Shown here piece after piece: positions 1 to 10,400 of a stretch of DNA of 64,000 nt; within the stretch, counting starts at the first letter, position 1; each line of letters opens with the position of its first letter. The stretch is from Klebsormidium nitens (Eukaryota; Plantae; Klebsormidiophyceae), in the NCBI GenBank assembly GCA_000708835.1, contig DF237060.1, positions 1 through 64,000 on the forward strand, in the 5' to 3' direction. A program made the position numbers and the translations under genes. Below the pieces are notes generated by a model that ran no database searches, was not told the origin of the DNA, and saw only the letters and a program-made list of their open reading frames with translations.

Positions 1-553
1 TGGCACGATCCAGTCGCACCCAAACAGTTCTGATTGATTAAAAAAAACTCGATCCGGAAACCATCTGGGCCCGTTAAATACTAACGGGGGAACGTTTGTT
101 CACGTACTGATCATCCAGTCATGGAGCCGCTAACCGGGGTTTGGGAGATATATTTTAACGAGGTTGGTCGTGAAAGCCTTCGCAGGCTTCAGTGGTGCGA
201 TTTGCTAATCGCTCAACTTGCAACATGTACACACCAGATCTCGCTCGTATTGTCACTGACATCAGTGTCAGTGTTGACATCAATGATCAGAGGCTCTAGC
301 GTCTTCCACTTTTGCCCAGGGCCCCGTGGGGCGCTAGGTATACCGTATTTTCGAAGGTTTGAGGCTTCAGCCTGAGGACGACAAGGTCTGCAAGGTGCGT
401 TTCTGAGGCTGCAAAAACAGCTGCAACACAGCCCCTAATAGGTACAGCACTGGAGGTTCTACAGCATTGCCATGAGTTGGCTGTAGCCCTGCTATATCGA
501 GCAAAGGGTATTAAACACGCCAGCTGCAGCTTGAGCCTGAGGGTCAGGACACC

Positions 554-1613
554 ATGGCCTCGTCTCACCCAAAGAAGCGCGTGCTCTTTGTATGCAGCCA
601 CAACTCAAACCGTTCCATTGCAGCACACGCTGTCGCTAGAAAGCTCCGTCCAGACCTTGAAGTACAGAGTGCAGGCACGGCAGCAGCGGGGACTCTCAAC
701 CCTGTAATGCTCAGCGCTCTTGAATCCAGGGGGTACTCGACAGAAGGCCTCTACTCCAAGGTCAGTAGTTGCTATTCTCTCATCTTGTTTTGTTGCATTC
801 CTTACACTCTGAGCTCTGCTTGATCTCTGCTGGGAACGTCATTCTGGAAGGAGAGGCAATTGCAACGTTAATATGGAGGCGATTGTAGCTGATGATGTGA
901 GAATGCCCAATGTTTTCACTTAGGTTTGTGAGGGAGAGGCCAGGCCCGGCAGTCCAAAGTAGTTGAATGTGCAGGCACTGCTGATCTTTCAATTCATATG
1001 CCACGCCTGCCGCCGCCTGTGATTACGAAGTTGAACTCAACTATCTTAATGAAAGTTCGATTGTCTCTTCCAGTGGACATCTGATGTCCGCTGCTCAGCT
1101 CTTGTTCTCCGGAATCCAGCTCATTCTTCCAATTGCAGGGGATTGATGATGAAGCTGTTCAGGGACTGAACAACAATTGGGACACAATATGCACCATGGG
1201 CTGTCTGGTAAGTTCCATGAAACATATTGTGCTCTTGTTCCTTTACAATCAGTCCATCCGTGTGCTGCTTTGTTTTACCGGACCCAAGACAGCAGACCGT
1301 AGACACAAGAGTGGTCCTGGGGTTCTCCGTGTTCATCTTGTGAGCAGATTGGTTGAGTGCGCATTGTATGCCTGGTCAATTTCTTTCAGATCCTCACCTT
1401 TATGAGAGTTCTTGCAAGCAGGCGTTCACCAACTCTAATGACCGATCTGCTGACTGGTTGTCCATTTTTATGTGCCAGACTAAGGGCCTTCCCTACGACC
1501 CTCCCAAGTCTACGGAGGTTTATGATTGGGCACTTCCTGACCCAGCGGCACAGCCGGAGTTGCTTGACATGGTGGTGGACGAAGTCATCGAGAACGTAAA
1601 GAACATAAAGTGA
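554..1613 (+). CDS. arsC: Arsenate reductase, LMW protein-tyrosine-phosphatase (ArsC) fold, about 136 aa; exons 554-760, 1139-1207, 1479-1613
   Basis: The spliced translation has the P-loop VLFVCSHNSNRS, the SAGT motif, ICTMGC and WALPDP. Both introns are GT-AG and phase 0, and the frame is intact. It lies next to arsH. Confidence 0.85.
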
Positions 1614-2423
1614 TGGTTCTAAAAGGCCGTAGGGAGGAATAGTCGGGTTGTTGCATACAAGCCAACCAATGACACGTCGGGCGCCCTGACCACTTTAACA
1701 CACAAGCGAGTTGGTTGATGTTGGTTTATGTAGAGTTTCGGATCGTTGTCCGGTTTGGTTCATTTTTGAACTTGGAACCTTTTTCAGTCAAAGAAGCTAT
1801 GTCGAGTGCCCCAGAAAATAGACAAGTGCCCTTCGACCAGGGACACAAAGAGCTCATGTGACCTGACAATCTGAGAATCAATATATGCATGCTTTGTTTT
1901 AATTGGAGAGAGGAATTGATTATGTATGCAAGTTGAGGCTTCAAATTACCAACGTTGACTAGCACGTGCGGCCCGCAAATCACTTCCAACCACATGCACT
2001 TGACAGTACGCCTGTGCATATCACATTCATTATTATAAGCAAGTTCGAAACTCAAGTTCGATCGAAACTCAAGTTTAGCATGGGGAGACATGCAATGATG
2101 CAGCATATTCACTAATAAACATCGAAGCTATACCGTCACATTCAGTGACAACAATATATGCAGTCCGACTTATGTCGATCATCATGTGGGAGGATACGGT
2201 CCATGTCCGACAGACAACTCAGGATCCAATCATGTGGGGCGTAACGACCATGGTCTTGCAAAGTTCAATAAGTTAAAAGTCACGTCCAATGGGCCTGATC
2301 GGAATTGTGCTGCGTGCTATTAGAATCCTAATCAAAACGTTGAAGGTTTTTCACTTTGCAACCCACTATTGTACAAAGTACTCTGCTTGGTGGTTTGACG
2401 ACGAGTTAGCAGTTCCTTGATTA

Positions 2424-2633
2424 CAGCTCTTTGCGAGCAGCCTGCCGATTTGAGTTAGAGAGGGAAGCTTAAAAAGTTAGATGCGTACGTTAGTCGCAGA
2501 CCGCGACATTACATTTAGCGAGTCACGACAACTATACAACGTGAGTCCTGGCTTAGTATGTAGCTGTGTAACTTGACTAACTTTCTAAGCTTCCCTCTCT
2601 AATTCAAGTCGGCAGGTTGCTTGAAAAGAGCTG
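2424..2633. mobile_element. MITE (Tc1/mariner- or Stowaway-like), 210 bp
   Basis: Imperfect terminal inverted repeats of about 57 bp (cagctctttgcgagcagcctgccgatttgagttagagagggaagcttaaaaagttag versus the reverse complement of 2577-2633). TA flanks both ends (2422-2423 and 2634-2635), and there is no ORF. Confidence 0.75.
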
Positions 2634-2893
2634 TATCTAGCTCTGCACGTACACTGACATGATCTATCCGACGTGTAGTTCAGACAGACAGTGTGACTAC
2701 ATTCATAGCCACACGGCCGGACCCTAGAGAGGTACTGAAGGCTCATCAGTTTCATTGATGATTGTACTGCCTACAACAAGAATAAAATCTGGCCAACGCC
2801 CGGAGTAGGTCAGCCGCGCTCCACTCCCTGTTTTGATCAGTCTACAAGCTGCATACTGAGCGATGGCTGACGCACGGTTGCCAAGTGCGATGC

Positions 2894-5737
2894 TTAGGTG
2901 GATGCAACAATGGGTTGCTTGACTTTGGCCGCCTCCTTCTCCGCCTGCGATAAAAGCCGGCCCTTCTCCCGCTTCTCCTTCCGTTCACTGTATCTATCTA
3001 CCAGAAACTGCGCATGCTCTCTCGTCAGCAAAGTGAACTTGTAAAACTCTTCCGCAACGTCGACAACCCGATCTCGCAAGCCGCTCGCTTTCATACGACC
3101 CCGCTCGTCAAACTCTGTCCACGCCTTTGGAACGGAAGACTGGTTGGGGACGACAATCATGCGCATCCACCGACCGAGCACTCGAAGAATGTTGACGACG
3201 TTGAAGCTTTGGGAGCCTCCATTGACCTGAAGAGAAAAGATACCAGATTTAGTATCCGTTTTATAATCTTAAGTAAAAGTTCTCCAAAAGTTGACGTTGT
3301 TTGCACTTTCGAACCTTGAAGAGAACCGAATTCACATGAAAAGCAAGTCGGAGCGGAAAGCCTATAACTTTTATAACCGCTCTACCAATCACAGTGAGTA
3401 CAGTCCGTTCGTACTTAGGCAGCCAAGCTGAATCCATCGAGACCAGGCGACAAGCTGAAGGGTGAAGATCGAACGAGAGAATAGGTAGGTCACGTCGGTA
3501 CTATAAGGTCACGTCGTTACTATTCCACTCCTTGCTTTTGAAGTGGGCGTCGAATCCCAAACCTCCAGAGGTGCACACTCAGTGAGTCTGATTCTTCATT
3601 TGACAAAGCAGATCAAAGTTCGGCCAACTTGGGCCTCCAAAACCGTAGATCCCCTGGTGTGGACACGCGTAATCATTTCAAGAAGCTCGCACTTCATTGG
3701 AAAAGCAAGAAGCCCAGAACCGGATAGCTCAAGTGACATCAGAGCACTCGGAGCGTCTGACCAGAGCCAGTACCTGAGCGATGCAGAGCGTGCGTCCTTG
3801 GGTTGGCCGTACGGACCCCAGGTTGAGCGGGATCCAATCAATCTGATTCTTGAAGACGGCAGTGATGGTTCCGTGCTGCTCCGGAGAGACCCACACGTGG
3901 CCTTCGGACCAGACGGACAACTGCCGGATCTCCTGCACTTTGGGGTGCGCGTCCGATGTCTCGTCTTTCATTGGAAGACCTCGAGGGTCGAAGACGCGGA
4001 CGTCGCAGCCTGCGGGTTGCGAATGCATTTTCGTCTCGTGCTGGACAGTCCCAATCATCTTTTAGGACGAAGTACAAGGAAGTTGTAGAACTTGTCGTAA
4101 ACCTGGACGGCTTACGCTTCTCGAGAGCGGGGAGATGTTGGTCGTCCTCTCACCGAGAGAATGGGGGACGGCGTTCAGAAAACGATGATCTGGGCTCCTT
4201 GCTCATCACTGTGAATGAGCATGCTGGTCGAAAGCAAACGGAATATATTCTGACGCAAACGAGTGTACAAAAGGCCAATTCGTCGTGCTATACGGAAGAC
4301 TTCGCTTCCTGTTGAGATTCAGATCGCAATTAGGAAGGGAGAAGGAGTTGCCGACCCGATTTCAGAAGAGTTTAAGATTGTGCTGAGCCTACGATGGGTC
4401 AGAATACGATGGGTCAGAACACGTACTGAGACCTTTGCTAAATGTTTTGACGCTAGGATACTGATTCAACAACCAACGGACTGGCATCCTTCGTCCAGGC
4501 TCAGATCATCTTCGAGGTGACGTTTTTGAGAATGAGGAGGCAATCAACCCGTTCCTCAACATCAGCCCTGCTTTAGGGAGCTTAACAAGTTTTGGGAAGC
4601 ATCAGACAGCCTAGTTGCTTACCAAGCAGATCGAGAATGCGCGCAAACTCGTACGCCAGCAAGCGCGAGTAGGATCTCTCCCGGAGAGAGCCATACAGGA
4701 CGAGGATCTTTGGGGGCGTCGTGATGCGCTGGCCCCGCGGCTGGAAACCCTGCGCCGACTCCAATTCCAGGTCCTTGACCCAGTCCGAAGCTCTGTGCTG
4801 CTCCGACAGCCGGAACACTTTGTACGGGGATGCGGCTTCGGGGACTTCCTGCAAAAGGCTAGGGAAGGAGGTAACACTAGAGACCACACCCAAGTCATCA
4901 GTTGCTTTACAATCTTGTCCTGTTTCCTGGAAGAAGAAAATGTCTGTTCATCTCGGTTGGTTGGACATTGAGAAAAGGGCTCCAGAAACAAGAAAAGGAT
5001 GATGACTCTGGTCCCTTGTTTGAGCGCTCATCGTGCTGAGAAACAACCAATTTTAAAGCGCCCAGACAGCGTTCTGACCGGGTCAGACAGGCATCTACTT
5101 TGCCCAACCTTTTCAGGGTGCCCCGGTGTGATAGGAGGGCCGAATGGGCTGCATGATAAAGCCAAACCCAGCGCAGAGATTGGAATGCAGGGGACGAATT
5201 TTGCCCGCCCTTCTGGAGCTCTCCCCATAAGCACGCGGAATGCAACTGAAGGCCGAGGCTGACTGCAAGATTGGCGTTGTGACTGCCCCATTCCAATCCT
5301 TACTTGCAGCCCTTACACAATCCTGTTGAAAACTTGCAACAAGATCCGAAAATCAAGTACAGCTCATATGATGCAAACCCAATTTCAAACCAATCCTGCT
5401 GTACTGCTATTAGTGGTGTCTCCTTAAATTTGACCTCTAACATCCTATTTGATGTCACCCACGGAAGAAGGCCAGACGGTGCAACAAGAGTGCAGCTGTG
5501 CAAACGCACAGATGGGCTCAGAGTCAGAAGCGCAACACCCAGCTTTTTTGCTTGATTGATGGGATTGAGTGGGCACACCAATCTTTAACGCTTGGCAGCC
5601 CTGGCTTGACCTACCGGAATGGGGGCTGCATCTGATGCTCCTCTTACGTCAACCTGAGGCGCAGCACCGTTGGCCTGCGACACTCCTGGGTCAAGCGGTG
5701 CTGCCGACCCCTCTGGCCGCTCCGCGCTTCTAGTCAT
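2894..5737 (-). CDS. arsH: Arsenical resistance protein ArsH (NADPH-dependent FMN reductase / organoarsenical oxidase); exons 4848-4623, 4009-3774, 3226-2894, plus a probable first exon starting at gccATG 5737
   Basis: The spliced translation contains [91 protein letters not shown] and DRYSER. Exon phases are compatible. The first exon ([10 protein letters not shown]...) is tentative and has phase-0 donor candidates near 5650 and 5614. Confidence 0.92.
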
Positions 5738-7432
5738 GGCGAAGAGTGGGCGCAGCGAACAACTATTCTGGAGGGCAATTCTGCAAGGAGAGAGCCTCTG
5801 TCAGCTGAAGAAGCCTGCTTAAGGATGACATTATTGATTGGCTCAGAGCGGTCGCCAGGGCCCGAGTTCAAGATCATACTAAATGAGAGCCCCCAACAAA
5901 GACACAGCCTTATGCCCAGGCCTGGTATGTGATATTTGGATGGGTGGCTTCTGATCCGAAGTTTGGCTTGCGTGTATTTGGAAAGATTTGCACGCGTGTT
6001 CTGCACTTTTCCATACGTTTCCGCTTTGTGATGCGGCTTCGAAGTACAACCTTGGCAGGCAGGCGGCCACAATAAAGTGTTCCGAATACCGAAAAAACCC
6101 TATCATCCACGGACAAGCCTATGCTGGGGTCAACAGGCAGTTCTTGTAGCCCGTCCTCTTTGTTGAACACACCAGACTTTGTGCACCAGTCTCATCAGTA
6201 GGTGTGTCTCTGAAAGTTGCTAGCTTTCTACACGCTTGCTACACGCTGGCGCCATATCCAAAGTATTGATTCTTCTTGCACAGGATAGCGTTTACAAACC
6301 CAATGCACCCAATGCCGCTGCTAGAAATGGTCCTTTTGTTGTCCTCAGGAGTGACTCCCTCATGGGACTCCCTCCCACCGCGCGCGGCCGCCGGTGAGAA
6401 GGTTCAACTGATGCACTTCAAACCTTACGAATAGGAAGATCAGAAAGTCAAGTGGATTCTCAAGACAAAGATGGGTAAAATGATGAAGAGATTGCCATTG
6501 TTGCTATATGCTAGTCTTCACCGAAGAGCAGGCGGACAATAACAGTTGGCCAAGTTTTGACATGGCCTCGCTTCATGACAACATTCTCAGGGTATCCCGT
6601 CAGAAGTGCCTTCTCAATACAGTACCGCTCCAGTAACGTGCCTTTCAGAGCCCGCCGCCCCACCTTCCTCTTTCGTAACACAAGCTGCTGGAAGACGATC
6701 GTGACCGCTGTCCAATGCCAGCTACCTTGCAATCCACAAGCAACGATCTTTCCAGGGAACAAGGATTGCTTACCCTCGGATCTGACAGAGGCCAAGGTCA
6801 CTAATGTTTCTTCGCGCTGAGGCTGCTCCGATTCTCAACGACGGAAATGCAATGGCGCTGCTGGCAGTGATCGCCATTCAAACGTGTGCCTCCTGGACTC
6901 CGAGGAGTCGGAGTCTGATAAGAATCAAGATACCCAGCTATAGGCTTCAGTAACACAGGCCCAGGGTGATCCCCTTGCGCATGGAGACACTTTTTTGGGT
7001 TCGAGGGCAGTTGGCTTGACACCGTTTCCCTACTGTTATATAGACCGGCGAATCATCCCGTGCACTCTCCAGCTTGAAACCGGGGGACTTGGACACAGAG
7101 CGGTATACCGGGTTGGAAGATTTGAGGTAGTGTGTCAAGGGTCTGGGACATGGACCGGGTTTCACCAGACATCGGCCTGCCGCCTGACCAAGGCATGCAG
7201 CCTCAGGGGCAAATGTTGCCGGCCAGAAAACAAAGAATGTGGTAGGCTTCTTGAGAATTGGAGGCATTCTAATCCACCCGAAGATGAGCATCCCTGATCT
7301 CTGACTGATGTGTCACTTTTCTACAGCAGCCTCACGCAAGCCGCACCCACCTTGGTGCCAGCTTCAAATCAGCGCAGACTTGAGTATACCACTCGGGGTT
7401 TTGGTGAATACTATCGAGCCTAACATCCAGCC

Positions 7433-10400
7433 ATGGCGGAGGGCTGCGGTTGCGAGAAAGACACGTGCCACATCAGCATCCAGAACCCGCTGACGGCTCG
7501 CGACGCCCCAGGGGACCCGCACGAGGCGACCGAGCTGCAAACGGGGGTGCCCAGTCCCCATTGGTCGCGCCGTCTGATGCGCCATGCTTGCCCCAGAAAT
7601 TGGTGGCAGAGATGGTGGGCACATTCGCAATCGTCTTTGCAGGTGAGGGGCTAGGGTGAAATTATAGGGCTGTAAAGCTTGTGAAATAAGTCAGATTCTG
7701 GGGGGTTCTAGAGTTTTGGGCAGTCTTGCGTTTGTGTTCCAAGTAGAGCTGGAATATCAGTGTGAGTTCTGGGCAACATCAGTCAAAGCTGGGCGCATTT
7801 GCATTGCATCAGCAGTTGAGGGGCTTTGAGATGACCCCAGGGTTCTGAAAAGAGAGAATTTTGAGGCGACTCTGGCAGAATTTGAATGATGGGCACATCT
7901 GCTTTTGGTCTTAGGCGAGGACTAGTTTCCCAGGACGCTCAGTGGGGGTGCCGGAGTCTGAGAGTTTTATGAAGGACAAGAGTTGCGTGCGTATATATGA
8001 ATGTGTTATCAGTGAGGGCTCTGAGGGGCTCTTGCAAGAGACAAATCTGAGACTTTCCGAGGTTAGACTTACGAACTTTAAAGAAGTGGCGGAAAGTGTG
8101 TAGCGGGTTCAGGCCGTGGCCCTTCAAGCTTCTGGTTTGCTACAAATTGTGCGTCAATTGCTTTGTTTGCGTCCCTTTGCTTCTGGCTTGGTTTGAGGAG
8201 CCTATCGTTCCCAGGCTGCCAGTACATCTTCGTTAAGAGCATGGCGTCGTCCTAATACGGAACATCAAGAGGCGCAATGGGTCCTGACTTCTCAAACCAC
8301 CGAGGAACTATTATCTCTGTGTCATCAACATTGAAAAGCCATAACTCAACTGCGACGGCAACAAAGTCTCCCAACCACCGAAACATACTGGGCAAGCAAC
8401 CCTTTGTGCAGCGCTAAACTCTCCTTGCCCCTGGTCAAATAGCCACAGGGAAAACAAGTCCTCTAGCTCAACAATCATAATGGAGCGTCTCTACAAGCCC
8501 TGCCTGGCTGCCCAAGTGCTTTGTGGACTTTCCCAAACGACGATTTTGATTTCTTTGTCAGGCTGTGGGGCGGTCGTGGTCAACGCGCGCTCCCGGGCGC
8601 ACACCTCAACCCCGCAGTCACGCTGGCCTTCGCGTGCGGGCGCCATTTCAGCTGGAAGATGGTGAGCTGGGGGCTCGTTCATGTATTGGCGCAAAACCCA
8701 GTGGACACCTTCCAGTGCAAAGGAACATATTCTATAGACTAAATAATAAGGAGAGCGAAAAATAAGCCCCCAAGCTAATAAAGGTTTACGTGCTCCGCAC
8801 CCGCACCCACCCTTACCCCCTGCCTAACCCCACCCGTCCCCCCACTGTTTTCTACCGTCCACTGAGCTTATTGTGATGTTTCTACATCGCCTGGAACAAA
8901 GCATCCCGGTCTTAAGAAGTGGGTTTGTTGAAGTGAGAGGTTGCGGAAGCATGGGGTAGGTGTGTTTGTTGACGAGCGGATTCAGGACGGATCCTTCTGT
9001 GCATCCTGGGTTCCATTAGGAAAGAGCCTCCTGCGCAAAAGAGTATCATAGATTTCGCTGTTGACGTCTCTGGGGAAACTCGTTTGCCTTTGAGGTACCG
9101 CTTTTCCAAAGCAACTTCACAAACGGACAGGTTGTTCGTCACCATGTCTTTTGCTTCTTGTGTGTCCTTTGCTATTGGAGTCTGTGCAGGTCTTTCGTTG
9201 TTCCCCTGTATGCTCCTCGAAGTTCCGTCCTTGCACTGAACTCAGCACTCTCAGGTTTTGAACAAAGAATCGACGAGCCTCGAGATCAAAACCCCATTTC
9301 GAAGGAGTCTGTTTCTTGATTCAATCTGTTTCTCGTGCTGAAGGCCGTACTCGTCCAACTGACTGAAACAGAGTACGATTTGAAGTTCAAACGCCATTCA
9401 CTTTCCCCCCTCGACCCCAGGTCCCTTTCTACTGGACGGCTCAGTTCGTATCTGCCGTCGCGGGCGCAGCCCTGATCCGCGGGATTCTGGGCTCGGAGAA
9501 AGCGCTCGGGGCGACGGTCCCAGCCGGCGCGGACTGGGAGTCGCTCCTACTGGAGATTGTCCTCACGTTCTTTTTGATGTTCGTGATCGCTGCGGTGGCT
9601 ACGGACACGAGAGCCGTTGGAATGATGGCCGGAATTGCGGTAGGCTTAGTTTCTTTCCGCTCTTTGTGCTCTGGTCTGAACAACGAGCTACCTCAAACCT
9701 TTGAAGATATGGCTTAGTATTTCGAGAAGTGGTGACTGCACGAGAATGCCCGGGAACAACCATTGGACCATGGGTTAGTCGCACAGAGTAAATCTGAAAA
9801 TCGGGTTCGATTTTCGAGGCTTTTTATCTTAATTCCAGAAACTATTTCTTTCTAGATCATTGAGGTGTCAGGGCTTGGGCAAGTCAGGTTGTGGAGGGTG
9901 AGGGCACTTGCTTGATTGTCTCCTTAATCTAGGTACAGTAAGCTTTAGGCATAGTGAGCTCCTACCCTAACACCAAAATCCGAGCCCTTAAAATCACCTG
10001 CTTCGCAACTCGGATCCACCCCAAACCTCCAGAGTAACCGCACCCGTCCCAGCCTGGTTAGCGTAGTACACCTAAAGCTTACCATACCTCAAATGTGAAG
10101 GTTTATGGCAATCGAGCTCAGGGATTCGGGCCTTCCGCATGCACAGCTCTGATATCAAAGCGTGTCTGCAAATGAGAAAGCTCGGCCGCTTTGACGGCTG
10201 ATCTGAGGAACGGATCTTTCTTGGTTTGTCGTCGATCTTCACAGTTGGTTTTTAGTATAGTCGTTGGTTCTTAAGTGCAGCCGCACAGTGCTGAGCTTTC
10301 TTGTCTCTCCATTCCATGCTGGCTTTCTTCCCTCGGCCTTCTTTCGCTCGTCCTCTTCGCTTGTAGTCCAAACGCTTCAGGCTCTGGTTTCGACCTGTCG

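Noticed and set aside
3487-3523. 18-bp tandem duplicate aggtcacgtcg(g/t)tactat in an arsH intron (also acgatgggtcagaa twice near 4391-4419)
   Set aside because: Simple local duplications; there is no evidence for a regulatory role beyond a generic ACGT core.
3543-4088. 181-aa plus-strand ORF, and similar long ORFs such as 47118-48197 and 53507-54193
   Set aside because: Antisense shadows of GC-rich coding exons of arsH, PES and mitoferrin, with no independent motifs.
5300-5581. Extra arsH exon with Cys motifs ([15 protein letters not shown])
   Set aside because: Intron-like composition and no homology; it is not needed to keep the frame.
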